A stretch of DNA of 64,000 nt from contig VSWD01000008.1 of assembly GCA_033119305.1 (NCBI GenBank), forward strand, positions 62,068,347-62,132,346. The letters run 5' to 3'. Source of the stretch: Pinctada imbricata. Taxonomy: Eukaryota. This document shows positions 36,101 through 50,663 of this stretch, in pieces (the stretch's first letter is position 1; every line of letters starts with the position of its first letter). The translations under genes were made by a program, and so were the position numbers. The notes beneath the pieces are model-generated. The model was not told the origin of the DNA and did no database searches. It worked only from the letters and a program-made list of their open reading frames with translations.

Positions 36101-36944
36101 CCCCTTGTTTGTGTACAGATTTAAAAGACATATTGCAAGTAAGCATCAGACATACAGATTGACTGACAAACTGACAAACTTACTTATTGACTGACCAGAG
36201 TGTTCACACTAGGCAATTACAGGGTAGTGGTTAAGTAGTACATTTAGGCCCACATCATGATGATGTGGACCTTCAGCATTGTTCAAATGATTGATGTTTG
36301 TAATTTTAGTCTTTGCTCATTGGGCAGATCAAAGTACCAATAGTACTTATATGCTCTGGAGGTCAGGATTCTACCTATTCCTCCCATTCCCAGGTTCAGA
36401 TTCCAACTTTGTGAAACCCAGATGCACAGCTACAAGTCACACCCTAGCATACTGTATGATACCATAAAACGTTTTGTTACCCAACCTTTAAGGAAGAAAA
36501 GCCTACACAACATTTACGAACTAAACCCATATTTTCCCCAACTCAGGGGCCATACCTACACTTTGATACCCTGGTGCACCACTCACTAGAGTCACATCCT
36601 ACCACATCATCTTAAGTTTTGAAATATATCTGTTCAGAATTTTGAGTTGGTCAATTCTGTAACTGTGACTTTTGACCTAACCTAATATTGATAAGTAATA
36701 AATCCTAAACCACTAAAGACAGTAATTCTGGGTTGCAAAGCACTATTAAGTATTAGTTGATCAACTTGATGTTTACTTTATTAATTGAAGGTATTGTTAA
36801 AAGTAATCTATACATGTGAAATAGCAAGGCCCCACCCTTTATAGTTTAAGACACATTGTCAATTTCATTGGGGGGGGGGGGGTTAAAACTCAAGGTCAAG
36901 GTCAAAGTCCCAAATAAAGCCTAGGCAATGCATAGCATAGCATC

Positions 36945-38645
36945 CCCTCGCACTGCCCCCTCTAGGCTGTATAAAAAGATTTTGACCTTTTCCAATCTGT
37001 GACCTTGACCTTTGGCCTTTTAAAAATCAATAGGGTTCTTCCTCTTTTTAAAAGCTATCATTGTATGAAGTTTGGTTAAGGTCCAATCAAAACTGCGTCC
37101 TCTAGGCTGTATACAAGGATTTTGATCTTTTCCAATCTGTGACCTTGACCTTTGACCTAAAAAAGTCAATAGGGTACTTCCTCTTATAAACTATCAAGAG
37201 TATGAAGTTTGGTTAAGACCCAATCAAACCTGTACCCTCTAGGCTGTATACAGGGATTTTGACCTTTTCCAACCTGTGACCTTTGATCTTTGACCTAAAA
37301 AAATCAATAGGGTACTTCCTCTTATAAACTATCAAGTGTATGAAGTTTGGTTAAGACCCAATCAAACCTGCACCCTCTAGGCTGTATACAGAGATTTTGA
37401 CCTTTTCCAACCTGTGACCTTTGATCTTTGAGCTTGAAAATCAATAAGTTTCTTCCTCTTATAAACTATCAAGAGTATGAAGTTTGGTTAAGACCCAATC
37501 AAACCTGCACCCTCTAGGCTGTATACAGGGATTTTGACCTTTTCCAACCTGTGACCTTTGATCTTTGACCTAAAAAAATCAATAGGGTACTTCCTCTTAT
37601 AAACTATCAAGAGTATGAAGTTTGGTTAAGACCCAATCAAACCTGCACCCTCTAGGCTGTATACAGAGATTTTGACCTTTTCCAACCTGTGACCTTTGAT
37701 CTTTGAGCTTGAAATCAATAAGTTTCTTCCTCTTATCATAAACTATCAGTGTATGAAGTTTGGTTAAGGCCCAATCAAAACTGCACCCTCTAGACTGTAT
37801 CCAAGGATTTTGACCTTTTCCAATCTGTGACCATGACCTTTGACCTAAAAAAATCAATAGGGTACTTCCTCTTATAAACTATCAAGAGTATGAAGTTTGG
37901 TTAAGACCCAATCAAACCTGCACCCTCTAGGCTGTATACAGGGATTTTGACCTTTTCCAACCTGTGACCTTTGATCTTTGACCTAAAAAAATCAATAGGG
38001 TACTTCCTCTTATAAACTATCAAGAGTATGAAGTTTGGTTAAGACCCAATCAAACCTGCACCCTCTAGGCTGTATACAGGGATTTTGACCTTTTCCAACC
38101 TGTGACCTTTGATCTTTGACCTAAAAAAATCAATAGGGTACTTCCTCTTATAGAACTATCAAGTGTATGAAGTTTGGTTAAGACCCAATCAAACCTGCAC
38201 CCTCTAGGCTGTATACAGGGATTTTGACCTTTTCCAACATGTGACCTTTGATCTTTGACCTTGAAAATCAATAGGGTTCTTCCTCTTGTCATAAGCTATT
38301 AGTGTATGAAGTTTGGTTAAGGCCCAATCAAAACTGCACCCTCTAGACTGTATCCAAGGATTTTGACCTTTTCCAATCTGTGACCTTGACCTTTGACCTA
38401 AAAAAGTCAATAGGGTACTTCCTCTTATAAACTATCAAGAGTATGAAGTTTGGTTAAGACCCAATCAAACCTGCACCCTCTAGGCTGTATACAGGGATTT
38501 TGACCTTTTCCAATCTGTGACCTTGACCTTTGACCTACGACCTTGAAAATCAGTAGGGTTCTTCTTCTTGTCATAAGCTATCAGTGTATGAATTTTGGTT
38601 AAGATCCAATCAAAACTGCACCCTCTAGGCTGTATACAAGTATTT
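36945..38645 (-). repeat. Family F4 array: a ~120-bp unit, ~14 copies (ctctaggctgtatacagggattttgaccttttccaacctgtgacctttgatctttgacc...). It is the reverse-strand counterpart of the AGGTCA satellites, ending next to an imperfect palindrome atccccctgcaactatgttgcaaggggata
   Basis: Units contain tgaccttgacctttgacc, the reverse complement of ggtcaaaggtcaaggtca. Confidence 0.75.
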
Positions 38646-38699
38646 TGTGACACACACACTCACTTGCACACGAACGAGGGCGTTACTATATCCCCCTGC

Positions 38700-39100
38700 A
38701 ACTATGTTGCAAGGGGATAATGAAAGGCCATGTCACACAGAATCTTCATGTTTTTGGTTCAAGAGATATAGTCAAGCTTAAAGCTGTTGAAAAGTATGCC
38801 ATACTTCAAGGTCAAGACCACTAGGTCAAAGCCAAGGTTATAAGGAAACTACAAGTGAAATATGTAAGCTCTACCCATTACGATTCAAGAGAAATAGCCA
38901 AAGTTAATGTTTCTGAGGTTAAACTTCAAGGTCAAGGTCATTATGTAAAAAATAAAGGTATCAAATGAAAGGTCTTGTCAAAAGGAATTTACATGTGAAA
39001 TATGAAAGCCCTACCCCCTACTATTCAAGAGATTTTCCAAAGGTTGATTTTTTTTTTAAAGTTTGTCAAACTTCAAGTTAAAGGTAACAATTCAAAGGTC
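38700..39100 (+). repeat. Degenerate AGGTCA-type satellite copies
   Basis: Diverged ggtcaaggtca...catgtgaaatatgaaagccct units. Confidence 0.4.
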
Positions 39101-42100
39101 AAGTCAAAAATTTATTTATAACATCATAATCCATAGTTCATGTAAATTAACTTGTCAATACTACTCATAGTTTTCTCCCTATTGCCTTACACACAAGGAT
39201 CAAGTTCAAAATCAAAAGTTTTTGCTGTGTTGAATTCGCCTCATAATGGTCTTTCACCATGTAAAAGTTACAAGTAGCTACTCCAAATAGTTTTCTGCCA
39301 ACAAACTTAAATGCAAAAGCTTAACCAAAATGTTGACAGAGACAGAAAAAACAATGGACTGACGAATGGGCTGATGGACTGGACAAACTTTGCCATTTCC
39401 TTTAACTCATTTGGTCATAAGCAACAAGTGTGAAGTCCCTTTTATATTATATTCCAGTAAGCATGAGGAACAAACACATTCCTATATGATGTTGCTATTA
39501 ATAAGTATATCATTAGGGTATAAAAGTTCTTTTTGCTTATGAATGTAGAAGGAATTTTTTTAAACAGACAGGCAGTCAGGACAAAAGCAGTATGCTCCAT
39601 AATAAGATTATATAAATAAGGATGTCTTTCTCTACTAGGCCATAACTTTATATACATATATATACATTTACTACAATCAAAACATAAATTTCTACACTAA
39701 AGGATACGATATGTATACCTGAAATATCTAGGTCTAGCAACTATCCTATGCTTAATAAATAAAGCAGTTGTGGTTGCAAACATTTTTTCAGTGAAACAAT
39801 GTGAAGAAAAATATAGATAAGGCATATATATTTAGGTAATACAGTAGAAGATAAACAAGTATAACTGAACTTTTAAAAAAAGAAGGTTAATCAAAATTAG
39901 ACGGTAGAAATGAATATGCTGTGTACCAAATACATTTTCACTATTTGGCCAACACTATGATGTTTATATCAAGAGTGAAAAAAGAGGGTGAGTCAATGAT
40001 ATGTGTAGAGGTAAAGGATGTTAACTATTAATCAACCGTACAAAACTCTTGGTTTTCATGCCTCTGAGATGACAAATGATTACATGAACACAATCTTTAT
40101 AGTGATATTTAATCTATCTTCGATGATCTTATAATGTTCTCCTTTACAATCTTATCTTGAATTTAAATAGAAGGATAATATGTTTTTTATAAGAAAAATT
40201 CAAAGTCCCTTACGAAAAAGGGCGCTTTTTTATGCTTGATCTATTATAAATACAGATTTGGTTGCGGACTAAAACAATTTTCAAATTCATAAAAGAGTTT
40301 TCTCAAAATATTTCAAAATTTTTACCTTTCATGGTAGATTTTGTACCTTATCATAGTCGCTCCCTTTGATATCAGATATGACAACGGATGCTGGAAAGAC
40401 ACTTGGTCACTGCACTATGATAATGGCTCACTTGAGCCTTTAGCTCTAGTGAACTGACAAAAGGGGAATGCGCTCTAAGATAATAATTACCTGTTAAGTG
40501 TTCTCCAGTTATTTGTCTTTTTGTCCGCAGCACTACATGGAGAAAAATTATGCATTTCCACTGCTTGGGGGAAAACATTTTTTACAATTTCAGCGACAGG
40601 AACTGCAAAATGAAGTAATTTATTCAGCCATTGCCCTATTCAGATACTAACTCAGACCTAAAACAATCTAACTGCTGTGTCAAAGCTTTAGTCACAAAAA
40701 AAAATTATATTTAACATCAAATCTGTTCTGAATTCTTGACGATGTTTTTTATTTTGTGTTTTCAGAATACATTTGTGTCTTTTCAATGAAAAACATTGCA
40801 GAAAGAAGTTAACTCAGAAACGATATGTTGAATCAGGTCTGTACATATCATAGCCTTAGTACATGTATAGAAAAACTGACAGATAAAGGTCTATGTAATC
40901 CTTTACATATGTTCATACGCAGCACTTTTAACTAGCAATGTGTTACTTTAAAAAGTACTTGACGGCTATTATGCAGACAGGGGAATTTAGGGAAAGCATG
41001 CTCAATATTGGGATTGACATATTCCCAAACATCCCAAGGGGAAATGAACAAGAATTCTCTGAGGAGACTGAAGCTCTTCTGGTTGTTTGGATTAAAGTCA
41101 CCATAGTGAATGAAGTACTTATACCCTTTATATAGGGCTCTAGCTCCTCAATTGTGTTTTGCTGACATCTAAAGCTAACCTTTTAGTTAGAAATGGAAAA
41201 AAGAAATTCAGCATGGATTTTGTTGAACATCATGAAATAAGGCGTAACAGTCAATTTTAGGTAAAACTGCAGAAAAAAACTCGATTAATTCCTAAATATG
41301 ACTTAAATAACACAATATGCATTACAAAATATGTATGATATTAACCCAAATGGTCTAGCTTGTAACAATCAGGAAAGATGAGAAAAATATCAAAGCTTTG
41401 TCTCTTGCACATCTCTTTTGTGTCTTGAAAGAAATTTCAAGTAAAATTTTGAATTTTTGAAAGGTCAAACATCAAGACCATTAGGTTAAAAACCTTTGAT
41501 TGATGGACAAACAGACAAAAGTCACCAATCTTCATGTATACACAGGTAATAAGGTAATAAACTCTAGGCTTGAGTATTGTCAGGTACCCTACGATACCAT
41601 ATGGTATCACAATATGAGGTTGCGATATGATAGTAGCACGATACTTCCAACTTTATATTTCTTTCATTATTATTTTTTAGGCTAATGTAATTTGTTTGGG
41701 ATCTTTGTTCAGATAATATTGATTGTCTGATAAAGATGAAAGAATGATCTTAAATTTGGTGAAAGAAAAAAAAAAACATTGAATTTGATGCCTATTTCCA
41801 GGTTTTTACCTTTCAAATCTCAAATAATTTAAGGAAGGTGAAAAAAAGTCATTAAATGTTGTTTTGAAGTAGATATTAACCTTTCCAATTTGAATTAACC
41901 ATTGTTGCAATATTGTGATACCTGGGTCACAATACAATACGCGTATCGTACAACCTCGTGATCAATACTATCAATATATTGTTACAAGCCTAATAAACAC
42001 CAATGACCGTTAGTGACACTCAGGAGTAAAGAGGTAGTTTGTGAATTGTAACAATGAGAACGAAAATCAAATTAATGCAAAGTATATCATTAGAACGATA

Positions 42101-43317
42101 TAAATGAATTGAAAGAATTAAGATTCAGAAAAAACATAGATGTGCAACCTTTTTTGTAGATTTACTTTTTTTATTTATTTTTATCAAAATGATATCCTTA
42201 GTAGTTATTTGATTTTTAGAAAGAATTTCCTGAAATTTGGATGGGACTTGCACCATATATACTAGCTGCAGATCATATTATATATGATATTACTACAATG
42301 TATTTATATACATGTATTATTTATAAATCTTCCATATCATGCATTAAAATGAATAATTTCTCAAGAATTAAAAGGTTCATTAGCTGAATAAAAGCAGCTG
42401 GACAGTTGACTTTTATAGATTTTATTTTCATTTTTCAAACTTCCCTATACCCGGAGGTTAAAGTATGATTAAACGACTCACAGAAAGTGATTGCTTGTTA
42501 CAGAAAAATATTTTAAATGTTTGCAACCAACAAAACCACAATAAAACAACACAAACTGAATCAACCTCATTGTTTTGATCAGCTAATTAAACTTTGATTA
42601 GCTAATTAAACTATCTAGATCATGTAACATTATGACAATGAAATATCTATCATGCAACAAACACATCCACAAATTAATGGTGACAAAAATGTCATAAAAA
42701 GACAAAACTACGTACAATAACAACAGCAAATATCTTTGTTAGCTATCATATTAACTTTTTGTAGCTGTAAAAATGATGCGCAAATATGCAGAGCTTATGA
42801 AGTTTTTATGCATTTCAGTCATCCTTAATGTAGATATAAATTATAATCATAGTGAAATGTATCGAATCATTGGCATTATCGAGGTATAGTAATGAATGGT
42901 AATGTCCTTAAAGTTAACATAGCTAGATGAGTGGAATGAATTTAATGTCAGATTGTGTATGTATAGTAAATTCTCGTTAGCTTTACTCAAGATTAATAGG
43001 CAGTTGAAACCTGGCCAGAAATTAAATTCTTTTGTTGACAAGGTCACTTTGTTACCACAATAAAAACAAGTGATTTCATAAGCTCTGCATTTTAACACAC
43101 TTCAAGAGCTACAATGTCATCCTTAAATATTTACATATTTGCTGCAACCCCATTACATCTCAAGCAAGCTCTATGTTAATAAAACTTCCTTTTATAATTC
43201 TTTTTATTTTGCTGTTTTCTGAACAAGTTTTTCATTTCTTGAAATAGTTTTATGGACAATGAACCTATGTCACTAGATTCAAATTTTACTATTTGAAAAT
43301 TACTGCAGTTCAAACAT

Positions 43318-44190
43318 ACAAAAATAGCAATTCAAGGAATGCTTGTGTCACCTGCGAAGTGGCAATTTCTTCTTTTTTTTTTTTTAAAGTAGGTCAAATA
43401 TCTATTTCAAGGTCATTAGGTAAAAAATTATGGCATGTGTAGAAAGGTCTTGTCACAAAGCATACACATGTGAAATATCAAAGCCTTATCATTTACCAAT
43501 CTAAAGACATAGCTAATCTTAGTTTTTCAAGAAGTAAGCCAAATATCTAGGTCAAGGTCACTAGGTCAAACATTATGGTAAGTGTAGAAAGACCTTGTTA
43601 CAAGGCATACACATGTGAAATATCAAGGCCTTATCCCTTACCATTCAAAAGATAAAACCAATCTTAGCTTTTTTTAAAAGTAGGTCAAATATCTAGGTCA
43701 AGGTCACTAAGTCCAAAAAAAAATTGTAGGTGTAGAAAGGTCTTGTCACAAGGAATACACATGTGAAATATCAAAGCCCTATTCCTTACCATTCAAAAGA
43801 TAAAACCAATCTTAGCTTTTTTGAAAAGTAGGTCAAATATCTAGGTCAAGGTCACTAATTCCAAAAAAAAAAAAAAAATGGTAGGTGTAGAAAGGTCTTG
43901 TCACAAGGAATACACATGTGAAATATCAAAGCCCTATCACTTACCAATTAAAAGATATACAAGTAGTCAATCTTAGCTTTTTTGAAAAGTAGGTCAAGGT
44001 CACTAGGTCAAAAATGTTGGTTTGTGTAGAAATGTCTTGTCACAAGGAATAAGCATGTGAAATATCAAAGCCCTATCACTTACCAATCTAAAGTTATGGG
44101 GTGTGACACCCAAAGTGTGACAACAGACGGACAACGGACAATGAGATCCCTAAGTGTTGCTATGATTTGCAGGCTACACAAAAAGACAGC
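43318..44190 (+). mobile_element. Family F2 element (~6 units; poly-A slippage inside the units)
   Basis: 5' aaaaatagcaattcaaggaatgcttgtgtcacctgcgaagtggc; 3' aaagttatggggtgtgacacccaaagtgtgacaacagacggacaa...gcaggctacacaaaaa. Confidence 0.65.
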
Positions 44191-44260
44191 TTGTAGAGGC
44201 ATGAATACAATGTCTGTAACTGATTACAGCATGAGTAAACATTTATAAGGATGGCTGTAC

Positions 44261-44372
44261 CTGTTTAATTCATGCCAATTTTCCTTCTTTTGCTTCATGT
44301 TGTTTGCAGGAGGGTAGTTATGCATATGTATCAAATGTGGGAAGCGATCCTTAATCATTTCTGCCACCATTA
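44261..44372 (-). CDS. SPEF1: SPEF1-like gene B exon 2 (CH/DUF1042 domain): (V)MVAEMIKDRFPHLIHMHNYPPANNMKQKKENWHELN(R). Acceptor ttgtttttgatgtag; donor AG|GTACAG
   Basis: Aligns with human SPEF1 VLVAEVIKFYFPKMVEMHNYVPANSLQQKLSNWGHLNR (memory). Enters in phase 1 and exits in phase 2, consistent with exons 1 and 3. Confidence 0.7.
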
Positions 44373-46584
44373 CTACATCAAAAACAAGCAACATGCAGCA
44401 AATCGTTAAAAAGCAAAACCAAGGGACAAGATGCATGCATGTCAGTGTTAAACAAACCTGGGAATCAATATACAGTTCATTAAAATGTACATAAACATTT
44501 ATATTATTACCGAACAAATTACAGATACATTTTAATATTGGGAATGTTAGGGAGGATGAACAGATCAAGAGGTCTGGTCCCTGAACCTCCTTTGGGGTTT
44601 CTGATTATTTTTTCTTTAAATGTCAGAGATACAAATTTACATCATGGTCAAATAAGAAATATGCCTTACAGAAGCAAAATGCTACGTTGCAGTAGCCAGT
44701 AGATTCACGACTTTGACCTATGACCCAATTCTCAGCCCAGGGTTTCTTGGGATTGCACTATACCTCTGTCAATGCTACTTTATAGAAATACAGCAGACAA
44801 TTCTAAGCTTTTTACATATATGTAATTAAAAATTATCATATGAAACTATACTCATATACCCTGTACAATCAAAGTTAAATCAAACTTTTGTCTAGCAAAC
44901 AACTGCTCATTTTTTTTAAGGCAATCAACAGCAATTCTCTGTAAGAACCAAAGAATTTCAAGACATATTGGCACGGCATGTCATGGATTTTTGAAATTTT
45001 TGGTTTGGAAGTTCAATATGAAGCACTAGTATGTAAATCAACCCCAGTTTTTTCAAAAAGGTTGCCGTTGCCATGGTAACCATGTCTGAAGTTTCAAAAA
45101 TAGGGAAAATCTATAGGACGAGGCATATTTGTAGGCTTCGTTACCATGGAAACAGGTACTTTTTTAATCTGAAATTGCTTTGATTATTTTCTTTTAATCC
45201 TTATTATTATGCATATTTGTAAAGTTTTTTACATTCATCTCGGATGCCTTTTGTATACAAGATGAAAAATTGGGCCTAAAAAGGGTATCAAAAGGCTCTG
45301 TTTTGGGCACTTAAATACCCTTTTTTGCATGTTTTTACTGTTTTACAAGGTTGAAAATTTCATAAAAGCACCAATTTTTGAAGTCCAAATTCTAATTATC
45401 TAATTAGTATCATCTCTGAACTTTACATTAATATGAAAAATTAATTGGGCTAATTTGTCCTTTTATATGCAAAGCAGCATCAAATTTAGTTGCTATGGCA
45501 ACAACCGGCTGAAAGGTTTCCATACGATAGATTTAAACACAACCTCTATCAAACTATCTACACATGATATTGGAACAGAAGTTCATGTATACATCTATCA
45601 GAGGGGTTTTAATATAAAAATGACCTTGAAATTATTTCAAGGTCACCCGCTGAATTTCCAAGGTCGTTAAACTTTAAGTGACCAGATTTGACGAAAAATT
45701 CTGATTTTTCATAAAATTAAGGTGCCAATATTTTAGAAACCTTGAAATATTGAACTTAACAGTTATTTGCCATAAAATGATAAACGTATCACTTATTTCT
45801 TAGAACTATTGATAATGTTTCTTCACATCTTCGAATATCTAAATTCTTGGTGAGTATTTTGATAAAAAAGGGACGAAATCTGTATTTTCTTGTTTTTTTG
45901 ACGAAAAAAAATTTTCCCATTAAATTTCTCCAGTTCAATGAATTCTAAGATTTTTCTTTCTTATATTCATTTGCTTTCATAAAATATATGACCTATGAAA
46001 ATATTCAAATAAAAGATAATTAAAATCGGTAACAAAAACTTTAAAAAATCAATATTTTATGCAAAATTTGAGTCTCAAAGTATAAATGACCTTGAATATC
46101 AAGCCAATGACCTTGAACATTTTAATTGTTCTTATGTAAAAGATTTAAGTCATATCTATACATGCATACATTTTGACAATCTTATGTAATTCTAAAGAGG
46201 AATAAAATCAATTTCAAAGATAATATGAAACAAGCAAAAAGGTCTAATGTTGCCATGGCAACGGTCTTTGGCGACAGAATTTAGGTAAAACTCTTAAAAT
46301 ACCCACTCCAATTTTTTGTTCATTTTATTTGTCAATAAACATCTATTTCCTTTGATGAAAATCATTGGTCTCCTATTGGTGCCTTATGTGATATATAAGA
46401 TTGAAAATGGTCAAAAACACACTAAATTGGCCCTTATTTTCACCTCTTTTTTTCGCTTCATTTTGACTTATTTTGACTTAATACAATAAGCTTCCTGTAA
46501 TAAATATCACATTACTAAGTGTACTAAGTAAGAGTGGAAGTAAGGAAGAATAGATTATAAAATGTTATGATCGCTGAGCGATAT

Positions 46585-47600
46585 AGTCCCCTACCGGCGG
46601 CATATATTTATGTCCTGCAACTCTGGCTATGAATTACTCTTCAATTAAACATATACATGTATGAGTTTAAATTAAACTTACTGTCTGTGCAGCTCAGTTC
46701 TGAGGTTTTATCTGCTTTATCGATTCGAAAAAGAGGTCAAGTGTGACGAAAGTTGAACTTGTTCTGTAACTATCCAAGACTAAGCTGAGTATCAAATTTC
46801 ACCTGAATATCTCTGTTTGTTGCAGAAAAAAGTCTGGAAAACTGACAAAAACTGAATTTTCCAAGTCATAAAGGGGCATAACTCCTCGAAAAATAGGTCA
46901 AACGTGACATAAGTCGAACTTGCTCTGTAACTATCCTAGACCAAGCTGTGTATCAAATTTCATCTGAATATCTTCATCCGTTGCAGAAAAAAAGTACAGA
47001 AAACTGACAAAAACTTAATTTTCCAAGTTATAGAGGGGCATAACTCCTTGTAAAATAGATCAAGCCTGACAAAATTCAAACTTGCTCTGTAAGTATCCAA
47101 GACCAAGCTGTGTATCAAATTTCATCTGAATATCTCCATTCGTTGCAGGAAAAAGTCCGGAAAACAGACAAAAAGTGAATTTTCCAAGTCATCAAGGGGC
47201 ATAACTCCTCGAAAAATGGGTCAAACGTGATGAAGGTTAAACTTGCTCTGTAACTATCCAAGACAAAGCTGTGTATCAAATTTCATCTGAATATTTCCAT
47301 TCGTTGCAAAAAAAAGTCCGGAAAACTGACAAAAACTGGATTTTCCAAGTCATCAAGGGGCATAACTCCTCGAAAAATGGGTCAAGCGTGACGAAAGTCG
47401 AACTTGCTCTGTAACTATCCAAGACCAAGCTGTGTATCAAATTTCATCTGAATATCTCTATCCATTGCAGAAAAAAGTCCGGAAAACTGATATTCGGACA
47501 GACGGACAGACGGAGGGACAGACGGACGGACAGACAGACAGACGGACAGACAGACCGAGAGGAAACTAAGAGTCCCCTTCGGCGTTGCCGGTAGGGGACT
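46585..47600 (+). mobile_element. Family F6 element: 14-bp terminal inverted repeats AGTCCCCTACCGGC, an internal ~160-bp satellite x6 (46720-47490), (GACAGACGGACA)n, and the 3' hairpin agtccccttcggcgttgccggtaggggact
   Basis: 5' tagtcccctaccggcggcat (46587) against the reverse complement of 3' ...ccggtaggggacta (47586). Satellite units read directly. Confidence 0.6.
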
Positions 47601-49860
47601 AATAAAGATGAACAAGCTGTTACAGTGGTATCCATGGCAATGAAGTCTCCGGAGATGGCTTATTTCATAGTCCCAACAGTGCTATAAATAGAATGACCTC
47701 GTTACCATGGCAACAAGAGGTCACATTGGCCAAAAAGTGTCATTTTCATGGTCAGTACTTAATATATACCCATTATACCGAAATTCATCAAAATCCATGT
47801 CATGCCGTGCCGATCGATTTTGGTCCTTACAGAGAATTGCTATTAAATATTTGATAATACTGTAAACTGTTTTTTATTTGCGGCGTCTTATGTCCACGAA
47901 CACCAGTGAGGTGACTGCTTCGCGGTGTTTTATTTTCGCGACATCGTATGTACCTTACTTACTACATGTATATACATTTTAGGATATTTTCGCACCGTTT
48001 TATTGTCAGGAATTCAAGGATCTCGTGAATATTGCGAAAATTAAACGCGAATAAAAGACGGTTTATAGTATCACCAAATTTCGACACCATGGTATCATGT
48101 ATGCAGCTGCTGGTGTTACGTGTATAGTACCATTTCAGAATGACTCAACAAAATCCATGTGATATTCTGTTTTGCAGTAGATACGAAATGTTCTAAAATG
48201 TCATAGGATTAACTAAATTAAAAAAATTAAAGCCTAACCCATTCGTTTACATTTATGGTTTCTGTCACATTAGCTAAACAGACCCACTGTCATAAGAAAT
48301 TCTGACATGCATCACGATTAACAATTGTTGTCAAAGTGAACAATATGACTGTAATCTGCATTGAATTTTATCTCTTCTTGGAATACCTAACCTTTATCCT
48401 ATAGGAGTGTTCCTAAAAAAGGAGGGATTTAGTTACTGGTACTTCGTAGGAGTTTGACAACTGATTTCATTGGTTAATTGCAATGTGACGTCACAAACTG
48501 CCCCCTATTCAGATACACAACAAGTCTTAGAAGGGGCAGTTTGTAACATTGCAGTGCAATTTAACTACAAATTATCCTATGGTTACTGTATACATCATGT
48601 ACATTCATTCAAATGACAGCAGTCTGAAATTAAAATGGGAATATCCTGTAAATATTTTCATTTTTCTGTTTAGTGGATAGGGTGCATGAGTTGATGAAAA
48701 TTTTCAGTTTCATGTACGTTTTGAACAACCTACCGTAAGTTCAACCTACCAAGACATTTAAATTAATAGAAAAATTTAAAGTTAAGACAGCAGAATACAT
48801 CTTCAAAATATGGTGCTCTAGATTTATTGAATATACTTGCTTTTGGTATTCTAGAAGAGGGCTGTTCCATTACATGCATCTGCCATTGACTATTGCCTGT
48901 CACTAGATTGAGAAATTTGAGGGGCTGCGATAGTCAATGGCAACATTATGATTTAAAAATACAGTCCTATTACAGAATCTCAAAACTTGTAAAAAAGGAT
49001 TAATGTCCTCATGGCTCATATTGGAAACTGTAAAATCATGATTTTGTCCAAAGTTAATATAATTACATATACATGTATGTGGCTAGCCTTGTCAATTCTC
49101 GTTTAGTTGCAACTTTTTCTGGCATACATTTTCTATAGATAAAAATAACATACCAGATGGGGACATTTAACATGGAGCCTTAAGAAAACTTTGCAACATT
49201 AGAGGAAAAATTAACATTGAAAATGCTTCATCTTAACATATTTTTCTTATTTAACTTGATTGCGTGCTTCTTATAGTCCTATCACTAGAATGATCAGTTA
49301 TGACAAGACAAGATCTATTGGTCAGTATACTGGTGTTAGAACTGTTTCCAGACAGTAATAGTTTCTGGACAATCGTCCCTTTCAAGTATTTTGAAGAAAT
49401 TTTCTTCCAAAATTTTATGACAATTTTGTACTTCATTTTTAATTTAAATGGAGAATTCAAATTCAAATCATGAATATCATAACAAAATTTTGCATCTAAG
49501 TAACTTTACCACACAACCTTTTAACCCCTCTCTGTCCTGTTTGATATTGCACATCAGGAGAAATTGCAGAGAACCATCCATTTCCACTGAACCCTGATTT
49601 TTTTAAAACTATTATTTAAAGGTGCCTTTCAATTTGGGAAAAATCAGTGACATAATCAAGAAAATTAGGAATAGTTTAAACAGTTTATTATCAGTCCTTT
49701 GATCATGGTCACGTAAAATTATTTCAGGTTGAATCAAACTGTACTCTCAATTTTTGGGAATTTAGGCACATGTAACTTTTTTTGGAAAAATAGTAGTTAA
49801 TTCAGCATTGAGAAAGGGCCGAAATTCGGCCCCAAATTACAAGTATAATAAAATAAAAAA

Positions 49861-49914
49861 TGTGTTTGTGAAAAACAAATGCCCCCGTCGGCATCTATGT
49901 CAAATTGTATAATG

Positions 49915-49946
<32 letters not shown>

Positions 49947-50409
49947 ATATTTTGGTATCAATGGAAAGGTCTTGTCACAATGAATACACATGTGAAATAT
50001 CAAAGCCCTATCCCTTACCATTCAAAAGTTATGGCCAAGGTTAAAGTTTTTCAAAAGTAGGTCAAACTCTAAGGTCAAGGTAACAAATTTTGGTATCCAT
50101 GGAAAAATCTTGTCACAAGGAATACACATGTGAAATATCAAAGCCCTATCCCTTACCATTCAAAAGCTATAGCCTGCAAGGTTAAAGTTTTTCAAAAGTA
50201 GGTCAAACTCTAAGGTCAAGGTAACAAGGTTAAAAATTTTGGTATCCATGGAAAGATCTTGTCACAAGGAATAAACATGTGAAATATCAAAGCCCTATCT
50301 CTTAAATTTGTACCATTCAAAAGCTATGGCCAAGGTTAAAGTTTTTGCAGACAAACAGACAGGACAAATACTATATGTCCCCGAATCTTTGATTACCGGG
50401 GCATAAAAA
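49861..50409 (+). mobile_element. Family F3 element (3 units)
   Basis: 5' tgtgtttgtgaaaaacaaatgcccccgtcggcatc; 3' (ACAGAC)n...atatgtccccgaatctttgattaccggggcat. Confidence 0.65.
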
Positions 50410-50663
50410 TCACTGTTGAATGACAAAGGAGCTATCACAGAAAAACCTTTAAAATTGTCTGGAAACTGTTCCGACAACAGTAAATTGAATTCAAAGTTGC
50501 TCAAGTCAAGGTGGACAAATTTCATGTTTTGTGCAGTTCCCATAATTTGGGCACGACATTTTATTATGCTGTCGTTGACTGAGGTCCCTTACCCGAGGCT
50601 TGTCAGCAATTCATAAGTTAATTCCGGGAGTAGGCCCTGATCGAACTGCCCGCTTTGCGGGCT

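Noticed and set aside
35358-38410. Supplied ORFs inside the satellite arrays (35358-35567, 37597-37857, 38065-38410; similarly 34781-34972, 5982-6505, 24128-24408, 25954-26248 and 47415-47635)
   Set aside because: Each is the periodic read-through of a 120-160-bp repeat or a pentanucleotide microsatellite. The peptides repeat with the monomer period and lack any protein signature.
300-39100. Regular direct repeats considered as a possible CRISPR array
   Set aside because: The units are 120-180 bp with no short conserved repeat and unique spacer alternation. The sequence is eukaryotic, with introns, a LINE and a mariner remnant. These are satellites.
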